This document shows, piece by piece, positions 8,001 through 15,569 of a DNA stretch of 53,063 nucleotides. The stretch spans positions 1 to 53,063 of the forward strand of contig CAMWVR010000004.1 of the NCBI GenBank assembly GCA_947177795.1, in the 5' to 3' direction. Source of the stretch: an uncultured Clostridia bacterium. GTDB taxonomy: Bacteria > Bacillota > Clostridia > Christensenellales > UBA3700. Position numbers and translations under genes: made by a program. How positions within the stretch are numbered: the stretch's first letter is position 1; every line of letters begins with the position of its first letter. Below the pieces are notes generated by a model. The model was given only the letters and a program-made list of their open reading frames with translations. It searched no databases and was not told where the DNA came from.

Positions 8001-10952
8001 TACGCAGACGGCAAGTCGCCGACGATCGTCGACAACGCAACCGAGTGGGAGTGGAATGAATATGACGAATCGCTTTGGAAAGAAGTCGCAAGCAAGTTCG
8101 GCGAGATTTCTATCTATATCGACGGAGACGCAGTCGCAGCTTTGTCGGTAACCAATCATCTGTCGAGACTCGAAGTGGGAGAGCATAAAATCAGATTCTT
8201 CGTAAAAGCTACCTCAAACTACGAGGGCTTTGACGAAACGCGTAACTTCTCCGTAATCAAAAACAAAAACGGTTGGAAAGACGGGGATAAAGATAATACG
8301 GCGTTTGTCAACGATTGGACTTGGGGCGAATACGACAACGATATTTCCGGAGGAAGTCCGATATGGAAAGAGCCTTCTCCCAATTACGGTACGTCGCAGG
8401 CTGCGATATACAAAGGTAAAGACGGAGTGGGCGGCGTATTGGTAAGAAGCAACGTAGCGTTGTATTCGCTGGATATAGTAATGAATTCTCTCGACGCAGG
8501 TATGTATTACGTAATTTGGACGGTCGTGGGAGATACCAACTACGAATCCATAACGCGCGAATACATTAACTTCCAAGTAAACGTCAACGAAAACCAATGG
8601 GACCCCGATAAACTTGCTACTATGCGTCCAAACGACAAGAAAGAAACGTCGGGCATAGAGTACGGTTGGACTTGGGGCGAGTACGGAAAAGACGCCGACG
8701 TAGATTACTTTACCGCTCCCGTAGCAAAGTACGGACTCGTGGTGGCAAAGATAACCAAATACGACTCGACCTGGAACAATCCCGAGGTCATTGTCGACGG
8801 TATTTCCAATTCTATCAGTATAGCCAATACCTTGGACCGTCTTGCCGTAGGTAGATATAGAATCGAGTGGTCGGCTACGGATCCCAACGCCACGGGCAAC
8901 TTTAAAGAAATAAGTTATCCCGACGCAATCGAGTTTATAATAAACAGAGGAGTCAACGCCTGGACGGGCGATAAGCCATTTATAGACGGCTGGCAGTGGG
9001 GAGCCTTTGACAGCAGTCTGTGGAAAGCGCCCGGGCTGGCATCTGGCAGTCCCAACGCAACGGTAATAATGCTCAATAGCGACGGAACGGACGGAGCGCA
9101 TATAATCGAGAAAATCTCCGCAGAGTATCTAAGCGCCCAACTTGCTTTGCTCGAAGTGGGCAATTACCGCCTCGTATGGACTGCGGACGAAAACGACAAT
9201 TATGAAATCGAAGGCGAGAACGAAGACGATTTGAGATTCCAAGTATCCGTCAACGTCAACGGGTGGGTAATCAAACCCGAAATTACGGCAACGGACAGTA
9301 AGTGGCAGTGGAAAACCTTTACGTTGGGATTTTGGCAAAGACCCGAGGCGCAATATCATCACAACGATATAAGCGCAACGGTATATAAACTCAAAGACGG
9401 CTATGACTTCGAATACGATGAATTCAATAAAAAATATATACTGGACGAGAGCAAATGCGACGTCATCGACGGTATCACGCTCTCTACTCTCGACGCAATC
9501 AATAATCTGTCTATAGGCAAATACCTAGTCAAAGTAAGCGTACCTCAAGACGCTCACGGGAGATTCTTGGGATTGGAGTCGGTGCTGCCCTTTACTATCG
9601 TGGCTAACGAGAATGATTTCATTTCTAAATCTTGCCATATCAACGGATACGCATACGCAGACTTCAGAGGATATTGGAGCGCGCCTGCCGCGCAGTTCGG
9701 CGATATTATCGCAAGCGTATATGCGATGAAAGACGGCGTCAGAGAATTGGTGGCAACGTCTCATACGGATCGTCTCAACGACGTACTCAAAGAGCTTCAT
9801 GCGGGTAACTACGAGGTGGATTGGACTATCTCCGAAGATCCCGACGGAAACTATCTCGGCGGTAAAACTACGACGAGCGCGTTCACAGTAAGCAAGGCGG
9901 ACAACAAGTGGTTGAATAAACCCGCTATTAACGGTTGGGCATGGGGATCGTTCGACGCCGAAAATTCGGGACTCAACGCCCTTCCGCTCAATACTCAAGA
10001 AGGCGTCGCCGTATATTACAAGATAGTAGACGAATCTTATAACGATATCGGCGAGTTCAACGGATACGTAGACGCTCAAGGATACTTTACGGATATAGCC
10101 AAGGTTGCGGAAGCTCTCAAGAAGCTCAAACCCGCTAAGTATCATCTTTTGGCGTACTATCCCGAGATTGACGATTATAACGTACTCGACGATAATAACG
10201 ACTGCGAGTTTGCCGTCAAACATGCCGAAAATAAGTGGTTAATGACGCCTGATATCGTGGATTGGGTCTACGGCAGTCCTGTCAATAAGCCTACGGGCAG
10301 CGCAATTTACGGCGAAGAAATCAAGTATACTTACTATAAAGCTGTACTCGACGCCAACGGCGAACCCGTATTCAAAAACGGTAAATATCAAGTCGTGGAA
10401 AACTCCGCGTTTAGCGGCTGGAGCAAAGACGAAATCGCAGACGCAGGCGTATATATCGTGCAGGCGGACGTGGAGGGCAGCGAATATTACGCTCCGCTTT
10501 CTACGCAGTTCGTGCTTCGCATATCTAATTCTAAATACAACTATTGGAAGACTCAACCGATAATTCAAAGTTGGGTGTCGGGTTCCGATAAATGCTTGCC
10601 CGAAGGAGAGGCGGCGTACGGCAGTATTACTTGGACGTATTATAAGGCCGCTTGGAGCGAAGCGCTAAATAAATGGGTTCCGACGGGCGAGGCGCTCTCT
10701 ACCGACGGACAAAATCCCCCGGAGGAAGTAGGTCAATATATTCTCGTCGCAAGCGTCGGCGCTGCGGAAGGATATAACGCTTTGATAGCAAACGTATACT
10801 TTGAGATATACGAAAGAGCGACGGCGGCAATCTCGAGCGACTTGCTCGTGTATATAGACATAGCGTTGGCAACGGCGGCGTCAATATTTACAATAGTAGT
10901 CATAAGCGCAGTAGTAAGGAGGTATAGAAAGAATGACAGCGTTAATGAATAA
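2064..10952 (+). CDS. Giant (2962 aa) cell-surface protein: N-terminal signal-anchor helix, BspA-type leucine-rich repeats, many Ig-like/Trp-rich tandem modules, C-terminal TM anchor
   Basis: Strong RBS GAAGGAG before the ATG. N-terminal helix IIWVVLAAVLIAFLSVSAW. LRR motif IPAYTFTACDRLYDVALPDSITSIGDRAIVGN. C-terminal helix LLVYIDIALATAASIFTIVVISAVV followed by RRYRK. All other-frame ORFs inside are short shadows. Confidence 0.9.
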   Translation: MNTAKSKSGKIIWVVLAAVLIAFLSVSAWLSLPAFKKSFKGESDTPISNTALTKFNKFQTYVMASSSEKAGAYANKLGIPSKDYIYISTSAMKIEGGVWNGMSSTDAIGKYVHLLLPNEVTSIDASSTSTANGIASVIWLSITADEGSNLSSISGATMVDSTVETAFRNGWLERIDLSKATKLKSIPAYTFTACDRLYDVALPDSITSIGDRAIVGNALCHISLPSGLGADGGGLHANAFNGCGKLVEIELPSNANSTFVNKVKGMASISEAYLNVYVKGEGRSWLVRTADGFVFCKNLLRTTLLASGLTSNESYTIGRWYMVGYHGAESGGDTVNASDNYNVILPKQVDLAKNSDNRLGQFDYIDCSGSELQNDFSEFTTQTQLGSNVAVNGATANGDADGMRIIAGVQSGVKLRYDIGRQAFYYRWVWHTTIPDDAVNTIGDRAFHNAPIWTFNLGDVAKVGSKGLAFLGRTTGLVFYLPSNNPIVASDGFSYSLSNVTRLFIYRNYADYDNYYVNTATYANSGLQKAAKDFSVGSGKYYSYLINILPNVAEWDTTENEYQYKAHEEAKMQRLYTGNLAKYDGNLYNNTFKYVRKDYDVWVYEDQSFPSMTEQTGYAKTSWFTDTSFNNTYTETLMSVADAGSNVTSLRNAASKGVDVINMYAKKIVSVTLENKTREYKDRSLQAHETEITGIPLEIQGDYTVEVTHYVDSNGIEKDYSSIGSLIQEAGIYTIQVQPNVKYGEWDAKDVPTMTVTVNKTEIDLGDSSIFRLGVTDGMTLNNLRPGKEVPGEQGTSLYKYKSSWYTDKQTDDTLGELIEQRDGLWNSFVRAEGEEMKFRLTLITEVIKDAHDDKTGIFRCSFPGTARSESGEYTDQFTVELTEKAKNNYKFVVTNDSSRQFYGYPNADQSLATINKTWYIVKLNNWLTTQGNKGNDAPSYHMASAWEFGSHDVPEAPAVALGDDVNITFSLELTSQYIIGGSGTLILSTDEKGDPISIDKYGEYINSALPVGNYRIIYSVDFKNNDSTKFDTFQQSFAFTVYEKEFVTEESEAINQLKGMTFEYDMTIASDSYKENKALFDLSKLSSTSKLQDMLGLNDATVGNTKRVGIWEKSDYDVFFDKHFEISYNLNRMWNNTYLNLDALQKDYAMNTPDLYTVYYQLTCKNRKSLVNENDDARRQCCFYVVVYRTLSTPTLDDIVYTGLDIYPTIKYLNGELAFEQSYYTVSYPTGQDNVNNGEKKAILKISDRDYQLYRWAEGATAEYDEKIVEISYKIIAANNRTIAPLYMADWSWNSEINLDNIVWETQFGNVKENFKFTLVPVRNGEDDDRENVTDISKFGVASAGVYTLHAYCPADENGNWNEYEQTITITVSKAVNTWFKSPSITSWSWNQYENYDWSLGSPIEIHAIPNYYTTSTERETGSGRFDFRIYSINAGATGDDRYNVVYFGDDFHFQFEKDADGNFLTNGVDPKDGGHFKLPIDVAKKLATLPAGQYYLVATVYGHNNFTGLNNTEESFAKGAVPFTIASANNVWSDTITASDWAYSEFELGRHIHTGETKYETQLKYVLYTDNTTDVVTVEGVKLENIIDFNAVAPGSKYTYAQLVNMLGVGAYMLRVHGDAAQRNERGGVNYLAIDDQRKILVTKAANTLSDTFTVDAYTIGSSTEGLIPKYTARFDSTLDSPNVGYRISQGGKYVDGLSDTLTSDDIIDFSNSLTYENLLKKIAQLSSDERGNQYTVWWTTVGSDNYSAQYGSRAFWVYLGQNAWADEAPSMNDWTYDKTAHDFDKSSVNLVHEVDESKISVDYYVATLNEDNGQYVIGSSLTGCPIDTGVYFVKITVGSDEYYRGLSVDLFFRINMADNGFKTMPSIKDNGWDYSQLQLEDINIGSPINEEENMDIRYVVTRPISGSAEEELIATLSWVLGREINNNLIALDSFYSKLNALDVGEYKLKITLSSSANFKETALDTITLKVSRAVNGYADGKSPTIVDNATEWEWNEYDESLWKEVASKFGEISIYIDGDAVAALSVTNHLSRLEVGEHKIRFFVKATSNYEGFDETRNFSVIKNKNGWKDGDKDNTAFVNDWTWGEYDNDISGGSPIWKEPSPNYGTSQAAIYKGKDGVGGVLVRSNVALYSLDIVMNSLDAGMYYVIWTVVGDTNYESITREYINFQVNVNENQWDPDKLATMRPNDKKETSGIEYGWTWGEYGKDADVDYFTAPVAKYGLVVAKITKYDSTWNNPEVIVDGISNSISIANTLDRLAVGRYRIEWSATDPNATGNFKEISYPDAIEFIINRGVNAWTGDKPFIDGWQWGAFDSSLWKAPGLASGSPNATVIMLNSDGTDGAHIIEKISAEYLSAQLALLEVGNYRLVWTADENDNYEIEGENEDDLRFQVSVNVNGWVIKPEITATDSKWQWKTFTLGFWQRPEAQYHHNDISATVYKLKDGYDFEYDEFNKKYILDESKCDVIDGITLSTLDAINNLSIGKYLVKVSVPQDAHGRFLGLESVLPFTIVANENDFISKSCHINGYAYADFRGYWSAPAAQFGDIIASVYAMKDGVRELVATSHTDRLNDVLKELHAGNYEVDWTISEDPDGNYLGGKTTTSAFTVSKADNKWLNKPAINGWAWGSFDAENSGLNALPLNTQEGVAVYYKIVDESYNDIGEFNGYVDAQGYFTDIAKVAEALKKLKPAKYHLLAYYPEIDDYNVLDDNNDCEFAVKHAENKWLMTPDIVDWVYGSPVNKPTGSAIYGEEIKYTYYKAVLDANGEPVFKNGKYQVVENSAFSGWSKDEIADAGVYIVQADVEGSEYYAPLSTQFVLRISNSKYNYWKTQPIIQSWVSGSDKCLPEGEAAYGSITWTYYKAAWSEALNKWVPTGEALSTDGQNPPEEVGQYILVASVGAAEGYNALIANVYFEIYERATAAISSDLLVYIDIALATAASIFTIVVISAVVRRYRKNDSVNE
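5886..10810 (+). repeat. At least 15 tandem protein-coding modules (~95-115 aa each) within the giant gene
   Basis: Each module opens with a recurring N-x-W ... W-x-W motif. Examples: NTWFKSPSITSWSWNQYE, NAWTGDKPFIDGWQWGAFD, NKWLNKPAINGWAWGSFD, NGWVIKPEITATDSKWQWKTF, NYWKTQPIIQSWVSGSD. Each has a mid-module G-x-Y hydrophobic core. Confidence 0.8.
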
Positions 10953-12282
10953 TGCATTGCTTGCAATTGAGATCAGTCAAACTTCTCTCATCGTTTTAAT
11001 GGCGGTGTTGATAGTTTTGATAATTTTGCTCGCAGTGTTGGCAACAATATTTATTTTGGGAGTGAAGAGAAGAAGCGAAGTCATAACGCAGCCCGATATT
11101 GCGACGGTCGTCGCAGTCGTTGACAATGCGGCGGGTAAGATCGTGTTGAAAGACGAGAACGATATGGAGAAGTCGCTATTCAAACTCGGCGAAACGGTAA
11201 AGGTCGTCGTCAACGCCAACGATGGGTATATTCTATCCAATATCTCGGTAGAAGTAAACGAAAACGTCGTCGCGCGCTTTAAATCCGAAAGCGGCGAAAA
11301 AATGATCTTTGACGGAGTATACGAATTTATAGTCGCGGCAAATACCGTCGTCAAAGCCGAATTCCAAGCTCAAACCGAGCCAATGCCGGAGCCCGAAGTA
11401 TTTACCTTTGACGAACGCTTTAACGGAGTCGGCGGTAAAGTCGTCTTGACCAACGCCGCAGGCGAAGAAAAGAATCAATTCGTCGCAGGCGAAACCGTCA
11501 GAATATCGACGTTCGCAGACGAAGGATACTATCTTGCTCGCTTTGCTATAGACGACGAAGAGAGAGAACTCGTCGAAGGAGTATACGAATTCGTAGTTAC
11601 GGCTGCCGTCAAGATCGACGTAGAGTTCTTGCCTATTCCCGCTGTCGAAGAAGTGACGGCAGAGCCCGAAATAGCGGCTACTAATGCCGTCGACGAGGAC
11701 GAAGAGGAAGAGGAAGTAATGTTTGACGGACACAACGTAATTCGTTTTAACAAGAGCTTTACGGCAAAACTCATTCAGATAGACGACGTATCCAACGCTT
11801 GGTATACGGAATTGAAAAACGAACTTTTGTCTTATAAAAAAGTAAAAGACAGAATGAGCTGGAAACGCGAAAGCTACCGCTTTGGCAAGGTATGCGTAGC
11901 CAGATTCGTAATAAGAGGTAAGACGCTGTGTATCCAACTTCCGCTCGATCCGACTCAATTCGAAGATACTAAATATAAGGTCGAAGATATATCTCATATT
12001 ATTTCAAGCGCAGATACTCCATGCCTTTATAGAATCAAGAACGAGCGTCGTTTGAACTACGCTAAAGATCTTATCGCTCAAGTCATGGAAAATATGGGAA
12101 CTACGCGTATTGAGCGCGAGTGGGTAGACTATTATCAACCTTATGACACGACTCTCAATCTTATCGAGCGTCAACTCGTCAAAAAAACCGTTAAGTTTAA
12201 CGGTAAGACGGGATTCGGAGGTATTGTAGAAAAACTCACGGAAGACCCGACCAAAGCGCAAAATAATAGCGACGATAAGTAA
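10933..12282 (+). CDS. Membrane-anchored protein with two InlB-B-repeat-like beta modules, an acidic linker and a conserved C-terminal domain of unknown function
   Basis: AAGGAGG RBS. Overlaps the end of the giant gene by 20 nt. TM helix LIVLMAVLIVLIILLAVLATIFIL. Internal duplication GKIVLKDEN..GETVKVVVNANDGYIL / GKVVLTNAAGEE..GETVRISTFADEGYYL. Acidic run DEDEEEEE. Confidence 0.8.
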   Translation: MTALMNNALLAIEISQTSLIVLMAVLIVLIILLAVLATIFILGVKRRSEVITQPDIATVVAVVDNAAGKIVLKDENDMEKSLFKLGETVKVVVNANDGYILSNISVEVNENVVARFKSESGEKMIFDGVYEFIVAANTVVKAEFQAQTEPMPEPEVFTFDERFNGVGGKVVLTNAAGEEKNQFVAGETVRISTFADEGYYLARFAIDDEERELVEGVYEFVVTAAVKIDVEFLPIPAVEEVTAEPEIAATNAVDEDEEEEEVMFDGHNVIRFNKSFTAKLIQIDDVSNAWYTELKNELLSYKKVKDRMSWKRESYRFGKVCVARFVIRGKTLCIQLPLDPTQFEDTKYKVEDISHIISSADTPCLYRIKNERRLNYAKDLIAQVMENMGTTRIEREWVDYYQPYDTTLNLIERQLVKKTVKFNGKTGFGGIVEKLTEDPTKAQNNSDDK

Positions 12283-12300
12283 AAGTTTTGGTTATTGCTA

Positions 12301-12329
12301 TTGTAAATCCGTTGGAAGTGTGGTAAAAT
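12301..12329 (+). promoter_or_regulatory. Promoter with extended -10
   Basis: TTGTAA (12301-12306), 17-nt spacer, TGgTAAAAT (12321-12329). Confidence 0.55.
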
Positions 12330-12359
12330 GATTACAAAGAATCTAACGGAGAGCTCGCA

Positions 12360-12419
12360 ATGATAAAATCAAAAACTTCAGAGCTGACAGCTGAGGTCAA
12401 AAAGATTGTGAAGAAGTAA
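12360..12419 (+). CDS. Candidate 19-aa Lys-rich small protein (MIKSKTSELTAEVKKIVKK)
   Basis: ATG at 12360 is preceded by GGAGAG (12348-12353) with 6-nt spacing. A promoter lies upstream and a terminator immediately downstream. Too short for the ORF track. Confidence 0.35.
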   Translation: MIKSKTSELTAEVKKIVKK

Positions 12420-12437
12420 AATTAAACAACGCAATAT

Positions 12438-12465
12438 AACGCAACCTTGCGGGGTTGCGTTTTTT
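12438..12465 (+). terminator. Rho-independent terminator
   Basis: aacgcaacc-ttgcgg-ggttgcgtt followed by tttt. Confidence 0.8.
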
Positions 12466-12676
12466 CGATTTATACGTAAATTTTACATTAAAAGCGCTTT
12501 TGTAAATATTACATAAAATTTTAACAAAACGGGCAAAAAGGTCTTGATTTTGCAACTTAAAAATATTAAACTTTAAATATATACTTTGAATGTCTGCCGT
12601 CTTGCGATTTTATAAGAAATTGCGGTGAAAGGACGGCGGAGTAAAGCTATTGAGACGAAACGATTTGTATGGATAG

Positions 12677-12703
12677 AGACCTCTCCGCTGCGGTCGAGGT
12701 GAC
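12677..12703 (+). repeat. Hairpin repeat unit (27-nt class)
   Basis: agaCCTCtccgctgcggtcGAGGtgac. Member of the interspersed aga-NNNN...N'N'N'N'-tgac family. Confidence 0.8.
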
Positions 12704-12812
12704 AATAGGTGTGGTCGAGGCGGTAAATTTAAGGAAATATAGGGAACAAAGGTTTATCACATAATTTTTTTGTGAAAAATATAATACATAGGCTAGAGAT
12801 AGAGGTGGAAGT

Positions 12813-15440
12813 ATGCTTAAGTTGACAAATATCAAAAAAGACTACGTTTTGAACGGCGGAGACACCGTTCCTGCGCTCAAAGGCGTTGATCTGGAATTCA
12901 GACAAAGCGAATTCGTATCTATATTGGGTCCGTCGGGTTGCGGAAAAACGACGTTGCTCAATATTATAGGCGGTCTTGACAGATATACCGACGGAGATAT
13001 GTCCGTCGACGGCATTTCCACCAAGCATTATTCCGACGTCGATTGGGATTCTTATAGAAATATCAGAATAGGTTTTATTTTCCAAAGTTATAACTTGATT
13101 TCGCACGTCGATATCCTTACCAACGTGGAAATGGCGCTTTTGCTCGCAGGCGTAAGCAAGCAGGAAAGACGCCAACGCGCAGTAAAAGCTCTCGAGGACG
13201 TGGGCTTGGGCGAACACATACATAAAAAGCCCAATCAACTCTCGGGCGGTCAGATGCAGAGAGTTTCTATCGCAAGAGCGCTTATCAACAATCCAAGCAT
13301 TATTCTAGCAGACGAGCCTACCGGCGCGCTCGACTCCAACACCAGCGTACAGATAATGGAGATTCTCAAAGAGATATCTTATAACAAGCTCATTATAATG
13401 GTCACGCACAATCCCGAACTTGCAGAGCAATACTCCAACCGTATAGTTCGACTTAAAGACGGACTCGTCGTCGCAGACACGAATCCTTATTCTTCGGAAA
13501 AAGAAAAGGCGGCGAATGGCAAGGAAGAAGGCGTGGAGGATATCTTGACGACCGACGACGTTGCGGCGCAGGACGATCCCGAGAAAAAACTCGACGACGC
13601 AGTTGCGCAAGAGGGCGGCGCAGGCGACGTGAAAAAGAAAAGGAAAGTCAAAATCGCCAAGATAGATTTCTCCAAGCATAAGGCGAGAAGACAACGTAAG
13701 AATTTGCTCAAAAAGACGTCTATGTCTTTTGCTTCGGCAATCAAGTTGTCCTTTACCAACCTTATGACGAAAAAGGGCAGGACCTTTATGACGGCGTTTG
13801 CCGGATCTATCGGCATAATCGGCGTGGCTTTGGTCCTTGCTATATCCAACGGATTTTCGTCATATATCGGCAATATGCAAAAGACCATGCTTTCGGGTTA
13901 TCCCATAGCTATCACTTCGAGCGCAACGAGTATGGAAAGTCTCATGGGTACTTATATGCAAATGCTCAATCCCGATAAGGAGAAGTATCCCGTCGATGAG
14001 AAAGTCTATTCTTACAATTTGCTTACCTTGCTGGGCAATATGATCCACGAGAATGATTTGAGCGACGAGTATATGACGTATTTCGACGAGAAGAAGACGC
14101 AGTGGGAGCAAAACGGACTCGTAGACAGCGTTTATTACAATTACGGATATTCGTATACGGTAATCAATAAAAACAATTACGACGTCGGCAAGATGATAAG
14201 CACTAATTTCAAGACGGTCAATTGGCAAGAACTTGTCGGCGATCAAAAATACATCGAGAGCAACTTCGATATCATAGGCGGCAGATACCCCTCTAAGGCG
14301 ACGGACCTCGTGCTCGTCGTGGACAAAACCAACTCGCTCGTATCGATATATCTCGAGGGTATGGGTCTTGCAAGTAACGCCGCAATTTCGGGCAACTTTA
14401 CTTTTGACGAGATATTGGGAACGGGAAAGAACAGAGAACCCGTGTCATTCCTTATTCCCAACTCAAGAGCAAAATACAAGAAGACCGTAAACGATAAAGG
14501 CGTCACTTATTTTGCAGAGAGATCAGGCAAAGAAATCAGACAGATGTATAACGACGGCAACGAGGATATTTATAAAGCCGAGGTTGTCGGCATAATCCGT
14601 CCCAAAGAGGGAAAGGACTATTCCCCTATATATCCCGGTATTGCGTATACTCAAGAGCTGTCGGAGCTCATGAGAGCAGACGCTGTCGACAGCGAGATAG
14701 CCAAGTTCCAACAAGAAGTGGACTATAATCCGCTTACGGGCGAAAAATACGACACGTCAAGCATAGATTTTTCCAACTTGGATCTCAACAATATCATGAA
14801 TATCATAAACGGCGCGTCTACGGCAATGACTAAAAAGGTCGTCACGCAAATGATAGGCGTAAGTTCGACTCCAAGCGCGATAAGCATTTATGCAAGCGAT
14901 TTTGACAACAAAGACGTGATACTCGGCGATCTCGACGCATGGAATAATTCGCATAAGCAAGAGAGTAAGGCGCAAGTCAAATACTCCGACAGCGCGGCTA
15001 TCATGATAAATATGATCAGTCAGATCATCAATATCATTACCATTGCGTTGGTGTGCTTCTCGTCGGTGTCGCTCGTCGTCTCGTCGATAATGATAGGTAT
15101 TATCACTTACGTATCGGTAGTGGAGCGTACGAAGGAGATTGGTATATTGCGTTCGCTCGGCGCGAGAAAGCGAGACGTCTCCAATATATTTAACGCCGAG
15201 ACCTTTATTATCGGTCTTGCGGCAGGCGCAATAGGCGTGCTCGTGACGTATATTTTGAGCATACCTATCAATCTCATCATCACCGCAATAGAGCCGACTA
15301 TCACGGGCATATGTATGCTGCACCCGCTGCACGCTCTGCTGATGATAGCGTTGAGTATTATACTGACGTCTATCGCAGGTATCGTTCCGTCGAGAGCCGC
15401 GGCAAAGAAAGACCCGGTAATCGCACTCAGGACGGATTGA
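12813..15440 (+). CDS. Fused ABC transporter: ATP-binding domain plus MacB/FtsX-type permease
   Basis: Walker A GPSGCGKTT, signature LSGGQMQR, Walker B ILADEPTGALD. Charged linker. C-terminal FtsX-like segment LRSLGARKRDVSNIF with flanking TM helices. Confidence 0.9.
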   Translation: MLKLTNIKKDYVLNGGDTVPALKGVDLEFRQSEFVSILGPSGCGKTTLLNIIGGLDRYTDGDMSVDGISTKHYSDVDWDSYRNIRIGFIFQSYNLISHVDILTNVEMALLLAGVSKQERRQRAVKALEDVGLGEHIHKKPNQLSGGQMQRVSIARALINNPSIILADEPTGALDSNTSVQIMEILKEISYNKLIIMVTHNPELAEQYSNRIVRLKDGLVVADTNPYSSEKEKAANGKEEGVEDILTTDDVAAQDDPEKKLDDAVAQEGGAGDVKKKRKVKIAKIDFSKHKARRQRKNLLKKTSMSFASAIKLSFTNLMTKKGRTFMTAFAGSIGIIGVALVLAISNGFSSYIGNMQKTMLSGYPIAITSSATSMESLMGTYMQMLNPDKEKYPVDEKVYSYNLLTLLGNMIHENDLSDEYMTYFDEKKTQWEQNGLVDSVYYNYGYSYTVINKNNYDVGKMISTNFKTVNWQELVGDQKYIESNFDIIGGRYPSKATDLVLVVDKTNSLVSIYLEGMGLASNAAISGNFTFDEILGTGKNREPVSFLIPNSRAKYKKTVNDKGVTYFAERSGKEIRQMYNDGNEDIYKAEVVGIIRPKEGKDYSPIYPGIAYTQELSELMRADAVDSEIAKFQQEVDYNPLTGEKYDTSSIDFSNLDLNNIMNIINGASTAMTKKVVTQMIGVSSTPSAISIYASDFDNKDVILGDLDAWNNSHKQESKAQVKYSDSAAIMINMISQIINIITIALVCFSSVSLVVSSIMIGIITYVSVVERTKEIGILRSLGARKRDVSNIFNAETFIIGLAAGAIGVLVTYILSIPINLIITAIEPTITGICMLHPLHALLMIALSIILTSIAGIVPSRAAAKKDPVIALRTD

Positions 15441-15462
15441 CGATGATCAAATCAGCGACTGT

Positions 15463-15490
15463 GGCGAACGCAATTTGCGTTCGCCATTTT
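15463..15490 (+). terminator. Rho-independent terminator
   Basis: ggcgaacgca-att-tgcgttcgcc followed by atttt. Confidence 0.8.
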
Positions 15491-15510
15491 AATTTGAAAT
15501 GATAAATCAG

Positions 15511-15539
15511 TTGCTATTTGAGGTGGCTTTATATATAAT
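15511..15539 (+). promoter_or_regulatory. alaS promoter
   Basis: TTGCTA, 17-nt spacer, TATAAT (15534-15539). Confidence 0.6.
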
Positions 15540-15569
15540 ATAGTTGTAAAAAATTCAAGAAGGTACGTT

